A stretch of DNA of 64,000 nt from contig NC_043006.1 in assembly GCF_006345805.1 (NCBI RefSeq), forward strand, positions 79,174,001-79,238,000, read 5' to 3'. A program made the position numbers and the translations under genes. The notes beneath the pieces are model-generated. The model was not told the origin of the DNA. It did no database searches and saw only the letters and a list, made by a program, of their open reading frames with translations. Of the stretch, positions 1 through 13,750 are shown in pieces. This stretch comes from Octopus sinensis (lineage: Eukaryota). Position 1 is the stretch's first letter; the number at the start of each line of letters is the position of its first letter.

Positions 1-81
1 AAAATATGCAATTTACCAAAATTGACTTCATTTGCATACACAAAGGTTTGAGACTAAACAAGTCGGTGTTTTAGTGAGGTA

Positions 82-580
82 CTAGCACTATGACCCGGCG
101 TTACCGGGTCAAGTGTTAGTGCTTGTTGTTCGTTGCCGGGTCGCAGTAAAAATTTCTCACTAAATCAAGAGCTAAGTTTCTTATCACATTTCAGCCCGGG
201 CTAGTTTTGTTGTTTATGAGCTAGTTGGAACTTTTTATGAGAGTAATTAATATTCCTTGGACTTCGGTTTTCACACCTGGAACGGCATAATCACGGAAAA
301 TTAGTGGGGTTGTGCACATGCCATTAGTCGGACAAAAAAGGAGCCAGAAGAAAGCGAAAAACTCGAATTTGGCCGTAAAATAACGTATGGGCATAAGGAG
401 TCGGTTTATCGATTTTTTAATGGCTTTCTCGGGTGATTGGGGAAATAAAAAGATCTTCACGACCACCCTCAGACAGTTTTGAAAACCCATAGAAAATGCG
501 AGCCTTTTACGTGAAAAACTGTGGATTTGTATAAAGGATACACAGATACACAGACATTTTGCCGTTTATAGATATAGAGA
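82..580 (-). mobile_element. Non-autonomous Helitron-like element
   Basis: On the minus strand it ends in CTAG|T, preceded by a 7-bp GC hairpin (gacccgg-cgtta-ccgggtc, 92-110). The 5' end is TCT(C)TATAT-like. Confidence 0.65.
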
Positions 581-1344
581 CGTAATAAACTACATTATGC
601 AATTAAGCAAAATCGTGAACATGCTTATATGTTTGGTGCATTTTCAGATTTAAAAATTACAAATACACTTCCTATTAGAAATATAGATTTCTTTATATTA
701 TTTCTGGTCACATGATCGTCGCTTGTGTGACACAAATTATTCACAATTAATCACAACGCACCTAGTTTTTTTTTTTTTTTTTTTCAATATTTTGTCAATC
801 TATTTCTGTTGTGTTGTGCCCAATTTCTTTTATATATAAACTCGATTAGCGAGAAAGTTCGCAAGCGCTTTAGAAATCCAGTCGTGGCAGTTAATAATGA
901 TAATTTTAATAACAACAACGATTTCTGATTTCGGCTCAAGGCCGGCAGTTTTAAGGGCTGAGTGTAGTCGATGCCATTGACCCCCAGTATTTGCAATATT
1001 CGACAGATACTTTATTTAACCGACCCCGAGAGGGTAAAAAAGCAAAGTTGACCTCGGCGATAGGCATTTTATCCAACATGCTAGTGATTCTGTCAGTCCA
1101 TCACCTTAACAACAACAACAACAACAACAACGGGTTCATATTTTGGCATAAAGCAAGCAATTTCAGGGGATGGGAAAGTCGATTATAACGACGTCAGTGC
1201 TCAACGGGTAATTATTTTATCGATCCCAAAATGATGAAAGACAAAGTCAACATCGGCGGAATTTGAACTCATTCGTAAAGATGGTCAAAATGCCGCTAAG
1301 AATATTTTTTTCCGGCACAATGACAATTCTGCCAGCTAGCCACC

Positions 1345-1438
<94 letters not shown>

Positions 1439-1474
1439 CGGTGATGGTGATGGTGATGGTGATGATGATGATGA

Positions 1475-1506
<32 letters not shown>

Positions 1507-2000
1507 CAACATATGGCTGCTCAGAAGCAAGCATTGCAAAAGAGAAACATCAGGTAAGTCAGTGTGAAAGGAAATATTGACGGGAAGTGTAGGATGTGCG
1601 GCGAAAGAGAAGAAACAATTACACACAAGATTCTGAATGTCCAAAACTAGCACAGAAAGTGTGAAAGAACTGGAAACATGATAGGGTGACAAATGTCGTG
1701 CGTTGGGAAATCTGTAAGAAGTACAACTTCCCTTTTTCCAAAAAAATGTTATGACCACAAGGTGGTGAAGGTTCTGGAGAACGAAAATACAAAAATCTTT
1801 TGGGATTTTAAACTGAAGACAGGTAAGGTCATGGAACACTCTCGACTTGATATCGTTATCTTCCACAAAGCACCTCATGAATGTATAATCGTGGATATAG
1901 CATACCCATTTGATAGCAAAGTGAACGAGAATGAACAGGAAAAGCTTGATAAGTATAATAATTTAAGATATCAGAATGGAGTACGAACTGAGAAAGTGTG
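1507..2000 (+). mobile_element. Degenerate RLE-type (R4/Dong-like) non-LTR retrotransposon fragment
   Basis: ORF 1693-2073 contains KIFWDF...LDIVIF...IVDIAYP (PD-(D/E)xK-like). Follows an (AAT)n(GAT)n tract. Confidence 0.65.
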
Positions 2001-2069
2001 GTGTGTTAGTCTTGAAGATAGGCAAAATGAAATGTATGGACGGACTAACGATACCGTCGGGTGGGGGGT

Positions 2070-3305
2070 ATGAAGCAGATAGAAGAGACGGGCTATAAGT
2101 ACTGGGGAATTTTGGAAATGGATAAATTGATGGAGAAAGAAATGGCAGAAAAATTTTAGGTGGAGTACTTACGCAGACTGAGACTGATCCTTAACTCGAA
2201 ATTAAACGGACGGAATAAGATTGAAGCTATCAACACCTGGGCGGTTTCACTCCTTAGATATGGAGTATGGGTAATCGCATGGACAGTAGATGAACTAAAC
2301 AACTTAGACAGAAAGACAAGGAAATTGCTAACTAGATACGGGACACTCCACCCAAAAAGTGACACAGACAGACTGTATGTACCAAGAAAAGAGGGGGAAG
2401 AGGACTTATTAGATGCGAACACAGCATTAGAGCGGAAGAAAACAACATAGCATGGCATGTAAAAAATGCCACAGAACCGCTAATATTAAAAGTGGGAAGG
2501 TCAGGCTTATGTAGGATGAAAGACTGCAAAGATAAAGCACTGTGCAAGGAATTGAAAACGAATAACGCTGAAATAGGTGGATAAAGAAAAGAATGTATGG
2601 TCAATTTCATAGGGATGTTGAAGATAAGACAGACAGAGAAAAAAGATGGCTTTGGATGACTAAAAGTTATTTAAAACCGGAAACGGAGGCTCTAATCTGT
2701 GCTGCCCAAGAGAAAGCACTAAGAACAAACTACATAAAATACAGAGTAGACAGCACATCAGAAAGTGATAAGTGCAGAATCTGTGGACAAAATGGTGAAA
2801 CCGTATGGCATATTACCAGCCAACGTACGCCACTAGCCCAGAAGGAATATAAGAGACGCCACGACAATATAACCAGGCTTGTCCATTGCACACTTTACAA
2901 CAAGTATGGACTTGACAGAGCAAAAATTTTGTACGACCACAAACCAGAAGGCATTATCGAAAATAGAAATGCAAAGATCCTATGGGATTTTATGATTCAG
3001 TGTGACCATGAGACAGAGAATAGGAAGCCGGACATAGTCTTAATTGAGAAAGAAAATAAACTATGCTGGATCATAGATATAGCATGCCCAGCTGACAACA
3101 ATGTATGCGATAAGGAAGAAAGAAAAGTCGAGAGGTATGACAGGTTAGCTTGGGAAGTTAAGCAGTTGTGGTTGATGAAAAAGGTAGCAGTAGTACCAAT
3201 AATTGTCAGAGCCCTGGGAACAGTGAGCAAAAATCTCGAGAAGTACGTAGAACAAATAGCGGCTGCAATAAGGGCGGAGCACTTGCAGAAAACAGCACTG
3301 CTTGA
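2070..3305 (+). mobile_element. R4/Dong-clade non-LTR retrotransposon fragment: end of RT, Zn knuckle, restriction-like endonuclease; frameshifted
   Basis: RRLRLILNSKLNGRNKIEAINTWAV; ETEALICAAQE; CRICGQNGETVWH; ILWDF...RKPDIV...IDIACP...LQKTALL. Confidence 0.85.
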
Positions 3306-4499
3306 TCATGAATAGAATTAGCGGGGGAGCATCATAAACACATATTGAGAGGAATTCTTTGGGGTTGTCCTTGGTTCGATTAGCTTCGAAGAATCTTTAA
3401 CCAAAGCAGTTACAAAATCTTCAGTGCCATATTCTTCAGGTGTTTTGGTTCGTTTCTCTCTAGTCAAAGGTAGAATCTTGGAATATTTTCATCCATAATA
3501 AACTGAGTATGTTAAAATGATTGCAAGGACTGTGTGGATTATGAATCTCGAAATGTTTTCATATATGTAAAAACGAGCATATTCAAAGGAATGCAGAAAA
3601 AATAGTTGGTGTTATTTTAGTCTTAGGAAAGAAGCAGAATAGTCTAGAAGTTCATAACATAAACCGTTTTTTTATCCCTTATAATTAAAATGTTTATAAA
3701 GTTCTAATTCAGTCATATTTTAACCATTTTGCCGGAAAGTACATTTTAACTAAAACTAACAGTATAAATTTTCGAGGAGAATAAAAAAATAAGAAGAAAC
3801 TTTACGTTTAAATTGTGTATAATGAGTAGTAATGATAATTAGTATTAATTATTATAAGGATAACAATTAATACTAAATAATTATTAAAACTAATGCACAA
3901 TCCTGAAATAATGTTCAAATAATAAAATAATGACCTTTAAATGTTATTTTCAGTCAAATTTTTGGACGAAATCAATGTCGTTAGTAGAAAAACAACTATT
4001 TTCGGTAGCTTTTTGTGTTCAACTAACTGAACCTCTTTTGAACATTGCCTGATGCTTTAGGATATGTGTGTGTGTATCTACGTATATATGGATGTATGTG
4101 TGCATGTGGGTGTGTGTGTGTGTATACACATGGTGAGAATTTCCTCTACTAAACTCTCAAGGTACACAAGAAAAACAGGATTGGGTTGCAATTAAATAGG
4201 AGGATTGATGAGAACAGCGAAAACAAAACTTTAAAACTATCTTTTGTCTGTTTTTTTAAACTGTCTTTGTTGTTGTCGTGGTTTTTGTTGTAGCACTAAA
4301 CGTTGTTGTTTGGTTATTGTTGCTTTTTTGTTTTTTTGTTTTTTTTACCTCACTACAATCTCAGAGCACATCCAGTTCACTCTTTTATATGGCTTTGTCT
4401 TCTCCGAAATATTATCCTTCTGTTCATAATACGTAAAGAAAAAAAAGCATTTCAGTCCTTCCACAAGTATTTTGCCCCTAAACCCTAGAGTCTTCGAAC

Positions 4500-4758
4500 A
4501 TGGCACGTCATCACCGAAAAAGTCCATCACGAATCTGTCATTTTGTTACCTGTTTTCTGCTATTACCAATTATTATCATTCTACTGGGCGTTTCGCTTGC
4601 CACGGACAATTGGCTTTTAACTACGGTCGACCGAGATACGTTTTCCCTTGACCAACTTAAATTAACATCGGATGCGGAAAATTACGACCACAGCCGTATT
4701 GCATATAACCGTACAATCGGTATATTTCGGGAATGCTACATTGGAAAGTTTCCAGCTT
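4500..4758 (+). CDS. Claudin/PMP22-superfamily tetraspan membrane protein, coding exon 1 of 5 (MARHHRK...GIFRECYIGKFPA)
   Basis: ATG at 4500, hydrophobic TM1 (CFLLLPIIIILLGVSLAT), then DNW and GIFRECY, matching the claudin-family W...GLWxxC signature. Ends at a GTAAGT donor (4759), phase 1. Confidence 0.9.
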
Positions 4759-5182
4759 GTAAGTACATATCATATAATACACGCATATTTTTCTCTCCTT
4801 GTTTCTTTTCTGTGTATCTTTCTGTCGAAGAGCGTAGGCTCGAAACGTAAAAGACTTGTTCTATTTCTATTCCTGAGCGCCATACTAATACATTTGCTTG
4901 TTTGTACTCCACCTGCCTTCGTCTTTTGTTTATTTTCGTAAACCTTCCCGTTATATATATATATATGTCTTTAATCCTATAATGCTTGTTGTTAATAATT
5001 CTTGCCATTTTAAGTAGTTACGTTCTTAATGGAAGAAAATTACGAAATTGAAATGGATTCTTTTCGTTTGGTTATTATTTTATACGCAATTATACAAGAT
5101 GGTTCAAAGTCCCTTTAATATGCATGAATTCGTACACATACGCATACGTGCGCGTACACAAACATACACACATACATGCATA

Positions 5183-5220
<38 letters not shown>

Positions 5221-7109
5221 GCGCGCACGACCCTATAGCCTTCTTTCGATTGCTGTCTGAACACAGCTAAGCATTTCATTTCACGTTGATAGAGAAATCA
5301 TATTATTTAAAAAGCAATTACACAGAGCGATTCAAACGTCCTTTTAATGTATATGTGTGTAGTGGGCTGTACGTGCGTATGTATGTATATATGTACTACC
5401 TGTCTACGTGCGTGTGTGTGTGTGTATGTGTGCGTGCATGTGTGCGTGTGTTCGTGTGTGTGTGTGTATTTAGACAGATATTCACATTGTCTAAGGTTTG
5501 ATTCTAACAAATTTGTATAAGATTGTATAAGAAATTTATAAAAACAAAATTGTAGTTAAATTTTTTTGTGAAAAATAAAGAAAATTTTATAAATAATTTA
5601 TGTACTAAAGACATTCTCCTGATTCGTCTCTGTATAATTTAGCGGATGAGATCACTTTTTCTAGTCAACCTTTTAGTTTTGGCAAAAAGACTTTTTAATT
5701 ATTTAAAAGTCAAAGAACTAATGCTATCTCCGCTTTTCATCCTTTTGATTTCGATAAAATAAGTACCGGAAATTAAATACTGGTTTCAAATTTTGGCACA
5801 AGACAAAAAATTTTGTGAGGAGAGTTTTAGTCGATGACATTGATTCCTCAATACAACTGGTATCTATTTTATCGACCTCGATAAAATAGTCAAACCTTCA
5901 ATGGAATATTGAACTCTATTATTGCTGCTTTACATAACGGTTGCAAATTCAGGCACCAAGTTAGTGGATGAGGTAAGTCATTTATATCGAACCCACTGTT
6001 CGACGGGTATTTATTTTATCCACCCTGAAGGAATGAAAGGCAAAGTCGACTTCGGCGGAATTTGAAGTCAGAACATACAGAAAGACGAAATGCCGCTAAG
6101 CGTTCTACTCGACGTGCTTAAAGAAACTCCCTGCTCGCCGCCTTTTTGCATTTTTATATTGCTTTCTACAATAGGCACAAGGCTTGAAATTTATGGGGGA
6201 AGGAAAATAGTAGATTACATCAACCCCAGTGCTCAACTAGTATTTATTTTAGCTACGCCGAAGAGGTTGAAGGGCAAAGTCGACTTCGGTGGAATTTGAA
6301 CTCAGAACATAAAGATAGGAGAAATGCCGCTAAGCAATTTTTCTGGCGTGCTAACGATTCTTGCAGCTGGCTACCATCTTCCATTTTAATTTTCAATTCT
6401 GATTTATTCGTCCATCAGACAAAACGAAAAGACAATTACAGCTTTGTATCTTCGCTAAAAGGCGATGCTCCAGTGTGAGCCCGGTCTTCTTAACTAAAAG
6501 AAACTAAAGACCTATGTAAGGAAATATTTGAGTACAGGACTCATCCACTCTGAGCCGAAAAAAAATCTACTTCTCTACAAGGCGCTGCCCCAGCATGGAC
6601 ATAGTCCAATGACTGAAATAGATAAGAGATAAAACTTTTTTTTAAATGATACCGTATGAAGCCAAAGATGGGTGAGGTGGCGAAAGAAATCGTCCCAAGG
6701 ATATTTTCTGAAAAAGCGGGGTGATAGAAGCATATCAGATTTGGCTGTGAGGACCCATTGATTTCGACTTGGAAAAGGTAGATTTGGAGTTCAGAAAAGG
6801 CATACACCCTCAGTAGAATACGGGAATAGTTTTAAGATGGCCTGATCCTTTCTAATAATTTTCAAAACCATATTTATTTATATATTTATTTGTGCTTATT
6901 TATTTTATACACTCACACATTCGTAAATACGTATATAAATATATTAAATGTTCGCTATGGCTATCAAGAAATACTCAAAGATTATGCATTTACCAAGGAA
7001 ATAACAATTTGGAAACAATTACGAATGCGCTTTGAAACAATTATAAAATTCATGACTTTATGTATATCCACAATATGCACACCACACACACACACACATA
7101 GCGTATACA

Positions 7110-7206
7110 TATGTGTGGATATTATATATATATATATATATATGTATATAATATATATATATATATATTTATATATGTATATGTATATATATATATATGT
7201 ATATAA

Positions 7207-7279
<73 letters not shown>

Positions 7280-7389
7280 TATATACATATATATACATAT
7301 ATATATACATATAAATTCATATATACATATTATATACATATATATGTATATATATGTATATATTTATATATGTATATGTATAGATATAG

Positions 7390-7470
<81 letters not shown>
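7110..7470. repeat. Long (TA)n/(TATG)n microsatellite, representative of dozens of (TA)n, (CA)n, (AAT)n, (CAA)n, (TATG)n and (CT)n tracts
   Basis: Directly visible. Confidence 0.97.
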
Positions 7471-9040
7471 AGAGAGAGAGATTGAGAGAGGGAAGGGGAT
7501 GGATGGATGGATAACTTTAGGCTGTGTATTTCGTATATCTTTTACACAATGACGAAAATGTTTTACAGTCGCTAGAGTATTTAAGTGTTATATATTTGTG
7601 TTGCTCTTGTGGCAAATAAACTGACTTTTCCTCTCGTAATTATTCCCAAAATATATGGCCTTGTGCCTTTGTTAGATATTTATACTTCTACTGCGGTAAC
7701 TGCTGCTGCTGCTCTGCTACTTCTACCACTACTACTACTGCTACTACTACTACTGCTACTACAACTATGCTACTGCCACTGCTGTTACTGGTGCTGGTAT
7801 TACTATTATTGACGATAATTATAATTGTTACAAAATCTGGCACAAGGTCAGCAACTCTGATGAGAAAGTGCTTGTCAGCTTCATTCACTCCACTATTTCA
7901 GTGGTTGTAAATTTATTTACTGAGCCAGAAACGATGAAAAGGTAAAGACGACCCCTACGCAATTTGATTTGATTTTAGAACAAGTAAAGAGCAAGGAAAA
8001 ATGGCTGCTTTGCATTTTACCCGGCGTGCCAACAATACTTATTTCTTTACTACCCACAAGGGGCTAAACACAGAGGGGACAAACAAGGACAGACAAACGG
8101 ATTAAGTCGATTACATCGACCCCAGTGCGTAACTGGTACTTAATTTATCGACCCCGAAAGAATGAAAGGCAAAGTCGACCTCGGCGGAATTTGAACTCAG
8201 AACGTAACGGCAGACGAAATACGGCTACGCATTTCGCCCGGTGTGCTAACGTTTCTGCCAGCTCGCCGCCTTCAATACTGCCAGCTCACTGCCTTACCTG
8301 GTTCCAAATTTTGGCACAAGACCAGCAATTTTAGGGGAGGGATAAGTCGATTACATCGACCCCAGTGTTCAACTGGTACTTATGTTATTGAACTCAAAAG
8401 GATAAAAGACAAAGTCGACTTCGGCGGAATTTGAACTCGGAACGTAGTGACGGGCAAAACACTGCTAAGCATTTCGTCCAGGCAGTGGCTCTCATTGCCT
8501 CTGATCTTAACTGATTGGAAGTGTTATCATGTATATGTTTTATCTTGGCGTAAAAGAAGGGCAACAGCAAATATTCTGTTCAATACCACAGATTTGCTTG
8601 TCAATTGTTTGACCTTAACCAGTTGGGCATGTCCCCTAGTGGCTGACGATATGTGCATCTCTGATCACGAGCATATGTAGTGGGGAAGCATCATAGCCGT
8701 GTGTTGAGAGGAATTGTTTAGGGTTTGAATAATCCACCTCAAGGAACACGAGTGTTTTGTTCATCATCCTTAAACAAACCTCATTCAAGGACTCTTTTGA
8801 GTGCAATGGGCTACTCGACATGAAGGAAATTTTAACTGGACCTCACCTGGAAGGTCATGTGCTGTTTATCTTGATATGAGGTCACCATGTCACGCTCATA
8901 TGGTTGTGATGCATGTGCCTGGTGTACCCTTATTATTAGACAGGCAGTCATGATAGGTATATTGGGCTTCGCATATTTTTACTCCATTGTCATTTTGATG
9001 GCATGCACTGCTCTCTCACTCAATAATATTAACAACAACA

Positions 9041-9129
<89 letters not shown>

Positions 9130-9479
9130 AATATAATAATAATATCAGCAACAACAGCAACATTAAAAACAATGCATTCTATATTAACCAGTCTATTTTT
9201 TGTTCTAACTATTTACTGACAAATAGATCAGGAACGGTAAAGAACGATACAGCGTGGAGCTATATAAAAACGTAGGAAATAACAAAACCAAATACCAGCA
9301 ACGGACGTCTTCTTTCAGTTGCTCCCTGCTGTGGTCAGAAAACTCTTTGGTGATTGATCGTGCCACGAATGTGACACATTGGCCTTCTTCCCTCTATTGT
9401 CGCTATCAAACTGGGTTTATTTGGCAGTTCGATTAGATCGGGGTTAGCCTCAAGCTTGACTTGATTCATTTGGATTAAC

Positions 9480-9720
9480 AACTCCATGCTTATACCCCAT
9501 CAGTTTTCTTGATGTATCTGTGTGCCTCTACGATTGCCTGTATTCGTCATCGGGCAAGATAATCATCACGAGCCTCTAGATATTTATTTCTGGTGGCTCA
9601 TCTTCTACCCTGCCTTCGTATTTTGTTTGCCTATATATGATGGGAACAGGAGGAACTCTTCATTTTTAATTGGGCTATGGAATAAATCCTCATTTCAAAT
9701 TCAGACCTAAGCCTGACATT
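9480..9720 (+). mobile_element. Possible highly degenerate Penelope-like RT fragment in intron 1
   Basis: SFLDVSV followed by a YLF..AH.P..RILF-like stretch resembles the FLD...YL..xSxHP region of PLE RTs. Frame is broken. Confidence 0.3.
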
Positions 9721-12470
9721 AATTGTACCAAATTGCTCGCTCTACATCACAAATTATTCTCTTTTTTTTATTTCCACAAGGTTTTCTACACCTTTAGCGG
9801 GTTGATTTTTCAACCCGCTAATATTAACGCCGATGCAGCGTCAAGTCACCGCGAATCGATTAGTTTGGTCGACAACCTAGTTGGGTAGTCCTATGTTTAC
9901 ACTTCTTTCAGGTCTTTTGAAAAATGACTTTTTCCTTCTTTATGTTTCTCTACGTGAAGGCGCGTGGTTAGAGTATCGCACTCACGATTACTAAATCATG
10001 AGTTCAATTCGAGCTGCGTTAGTAAAAGATCCTGTCAGTTTAACCATTAAACATCCGGATTTCTATATCAAATGTAAGGCTTGTTTATTGCCATTGATAC
10101 GAATTAGTCATGCATTACCTTGTAGCACTCAGATTTCAATGATACGATTGTTTATTTTTAAGAAATATGTTGTAGGGTGTAAGAAGCCAGATCTGGCCAG
10201 TCTGAAGATAATACAGATAGATTATTTTGGCCGGATGTGGCCAGTTTAAATGTTAAATGATTTAAATACTTCTCTATACTTCTTGATTGTGGTATTTCAA
10301 CAATTACTAACGATGATAATAGATCTGATAGTTGTGGTGATGTTTTCTAGTTTCGGTTGTAGTAGTGGAAGTGGTGATAGTGGTACAACCCGTGCTATGA
10401 TTGATAAGCTTTGCGTTGACCTGATGGCGGTGATATTGTCTTCTTCTTCTTCTTCTTCTTCTTCCAATCAGAACTCACACAATTAGCCACAAAGAATAAT
10501 CTCTAATTCGAGCCTACTCTAAGCTACTAAGAATGCGTGCCTCAACTTGAAGATCCACCAACCACACGCGATAGACTGGCAGTTGCACGGGTGCGAAAGC
10601 TACGTTGTTATCCTCATTCCGTAAACGGTGGCTTTTAACGGGTGGAGAGCTGAACCATCCTGGGGTACAGAGGATTCGCAATCTAGACTAGGATCTGAAA
10701 GTTTACCACACCATAGTGAGTTACACCATGGTTCCTCTGCTTTGTGGGAGAGAGTGTTGTACAGCAGGGTTCACCCCAACTTCCGCCGGAGCCTCGTGGA
10801 GCTTAGGTGATTTTACTCAATAAACACTCACAATGCCCGGTCTGGGAATCGAAACCGCCTTCTTACGACCGCGAGTCCGCTGCCCTAACCACTGGGCCAT
10901 TGCATTTATGTTCTTGCTTTAGTCAGGTATTTATTTTTCACTTGTTTCAGTCGCTTGACTTCAGCCATGCTGGAGCACTACCTTTAGCAGAGCAAATCGA
11001 CTCCGGGACTTATTGTTTGCAAGCCTAGTACTTCGCTTTTGCCGAACCGCTAGGTTACGGGGACGTAAACATATCAGCATCAGTTGTCAAGCGATGTTGG
11101 GCGGGACAAACACTCACACATAAACATATACACACACATAATACATACATGTGTATGTGTGTGTATACGACGGGCTTCTTTCAGTTTCTGTCTACCAAAT
11201 CCACTCACAAGGCTTTGGTTGGCCCGAAGCTATAGTAGAAAACAGGCGATGTATTGAATCTACAAATACTCCTGCGCCGTAGCAAAAAAAAAAGTAAGAA
11301 AATTCCACAATTTATTCTCACTACACCGATAGCGAACCCAATACGTACCCTTAACGGCAGCGGCAGCAACAACAACAGAAACGACAATATACCAAACAAC
11401 GACAACAACAACCTGCCAAACACCACTATCATCGCCGCTCCCACCGCAACACGTGACAGCAACAACAACAACAAAATCAGTAGCAATAATAACAATAGCA
11501 GCAGCAAAAAAAAATACATGTATACCTAGGTGCAGGAGTGGCTGTGTGGTAAGTAGTTTGCTTACCAACCACATGGCTCCGGGTTCAGTCCCACTGCGTG
11601 GCACCTTGGGCAAGTGTTTTCTACTGTAGCTTCGAGCCGACCAAAGCCTTGTGAGTGGATTTGGTAGACGGAAACTGAAAGAAGCGAACTGTCAACGGTT
11701 AGAGCGTCAGATGAAAAGCTTTGCGATATTTGATCTCTAAGTGCAGAGGACCGGAATAAATAATATCACAAGGCATTCTATCCGACACTCTAACGACTCT
11801 GTCAATAAATCGCCAATCCTAAATACATTAAACAGAAAGAGCGGGGAGAGAAAAGGCCAACTAGAATACCTTTGACATAGATCAGCTCATTTTGGGATTA
11901 ACGTGAGCTAAACAACGAAGAAGACACCATTTAATTAGAGAATCGAAGTCACAGACAGCGAACTGGCCACGGTTAGAGTGTCAGATGTAAAGCGGTGCGG
12001 TATTTCCGACTCCCTGAGCTCTGAATTCATACCCTACAGAGGTCACCTTTGTATTTCGTCTTTTTGGAGTCAACAAAAATGTTGAGGGAATTGTAAGAAC
12101 GACTGATAGGATGTCTTTCAATATTTGTTCCACTTGTTTGCTGCCTGAGTTCGAACTTTGCCATATGTAGTAGATTCAATACATCGCCTGTTTTAGCATT
12201 ACCGCCACGGTCTTGGGTGCCTTTAGCGGAAACCACTCTGTTGAAAGCGTTTCAACCAGGTTTCTTGCTTAAAGATACCTTCCTCCCTCCTCAGGTGGGC
12301 GACTTAATCTGTCACAGGGTTTAACACCACCACTTGGACTCTCGAGTGTATTTATTTGAATCCACTTTGTTACGAGAATTCGGGACCTGCCTCGGTTTGC
12401 GAATGCCTTCCGCCTTCATTCACACTAATTTGGTAGATCCTGTGTAGATTTATGGAGACTGCCTTCCTAT

Positions 12471-12872
12471 GGCGGCGAGCTGGCAGAAACGTTAGCCCGC
12501 CAGGCGAAATGCTTAGCGGTATTTCGTCTGCGTTACGTTGTGAGTTCAAATTCCGCCGAGGTCGACTTTGCCTTTCATCCTTTCAGGGTCGATAAATTAA
12601 GTACCAGTTACGCACTGGGTAGATGTAATCGACTTAATTCCTATGTCTGTCCTTGTTTGTCCGCTCTGTGTTTAGCCCCTTGTGGGTAATAAAGAAATAG
12701 GTATTTCGTCTGCGTTACGTTGTGAGTTCAAATTCCGCCGAGGTCGACTTTGCCTTTCATCCTTTCGGGGTCGATAAATTAAGTACCAGTTACGCACTGG
12801 GGTCGATGTAATCGACTTAATACCTATGTCTGTCCCCTCTGTGTTTAGCCCCTTGTGGGTAATAAAGAAATA
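12471..12872 (+). mobile_element. tRNA-derived SINE family B, dimeric copy
   Basis: Head ggcggcgagctggcagaaacgttag...gagttcaaattcc, second unit starting at 12701, ~14-bp TSD gagactgcc(t/c)tcct. Confidence 0.9.
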
Positions 12873-13184
12873 TGAGACTGCCCTCCTTCCTTCCATCCTG
12901 ATTAAAATATAGAAAATAAGTCAAAGCATTTTGCGTGTGTACAAAAAAATCCTCGACGTGTAAAGCCGCATTGACTTGACGTTTTGACACAAGGCCAGCA
13001 ATTTCAAGGGAGTGGGTAGTATTTATTTTATCAACCACGAAAGGCTAAGTCAACCTTCGTGGAATGTGAACTCAGAACATATAAAGACAACGTGTAAAAG
13101 CCATATTGCAAAAGAATCGATTATGTCCAATCAAAATAAACTAATCGTAATGGGTTAATGATTTCTTTATTTTTGTCTATCCAG

Positions 13185-13283
13185 TTTTAGAATCCAAAAG
13201 CGGAAGCTGCCACTCGGTAAACTACACGGTTGCAGAGGACAAACAGGATAAACAATTGACTTTAGAACTCTGGCAGCATTTAC
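13185..13283 (+). CDS. Claudin-like gene exon 2 (FLESKSGSCHSVNYTVAEDKQDKQLTLELWQHL)
   Basis: Pyrimidine tract plus CAG acceptor and GTAAGT donor at 13284. 99 nt, open in phase 1, supplies the second ECL1 cysteine. The alternative AG at 13190 would create TAA. Confidence 0.85.
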
Positions 13284-13409
13284 GTAAGTAGCAAAATATT
13301 TGTCTCACGGTTTCGTGATTTTCTTTACGCCTTTCTCATCTTACTTCCTCTTAACGTCGTATTAATATCATGGTGACAATGGCAACAGTGGTGGTGTTAT
13401 GGATATTTG

Positions 13410-13750
13410 AAGAGGGGGAGGAAAGGTGGTGGTGGTGGTGGTGGAGGAGGAGGAGGGGAGGAGGAGGGAGAGGAGAAGGGAGAAGAGGGAAAAGAAGAGG
13501 AGGAGGGAAGGAAGAGGACGGGATGAAGAGGAGGGGAGGAGGAGGAGGAAGAAGAAGAGGAGGAGGGAAGGAAGAGGACGGGATGAAGAGGAGGGGAGGA
13601 GGAGGAGGAAGAAGAAGAGGGAAAAGAAGAGGAGGAGGGGAGAAGGAGGAGGAGGAGGAGGAGGAAAAAGAAGAGAAAGGAGTAGGGAGGTATGGGAGGC
13701 ATGGGAGGAGGTGGAGGACGACGACGACGACGACCACGACCACGACCACG
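13410..13750 (+). repeat. Polypurine (GGA/GAA) tract with a 60-bp unit x2 in intron 2
   Basis: Almost pure A/G on +, with duplicated aagaagaggaggagggaaggaagaggacgggatg. Confidence 0.9.

Noticed and set aside
4759-4850. Read-through of ORF 4500-4850 to TAA as a 116-aa protein
   Set aside because: A GTAAGT donor at 4759 and four phase-compatible downstream exons explain the gene better.
6890-7514. ORFs of 100-190 aa rich in YI/IY, CV/VC, HT or poly-N/Q/L (also near 1247-1878, 13351-13771, 38637-39754, 49720-50187, 62577-63017)
   Set aside because: Translations of microsatellites or polypurine tracts with no splice or homology support.
12471-12560. tRNA-like sequences with A and B boxes
   Set aside because: They are SINE heads that continue into SINE bodies, and none folds into a complete cloverleaf with a matching acceptor stem.
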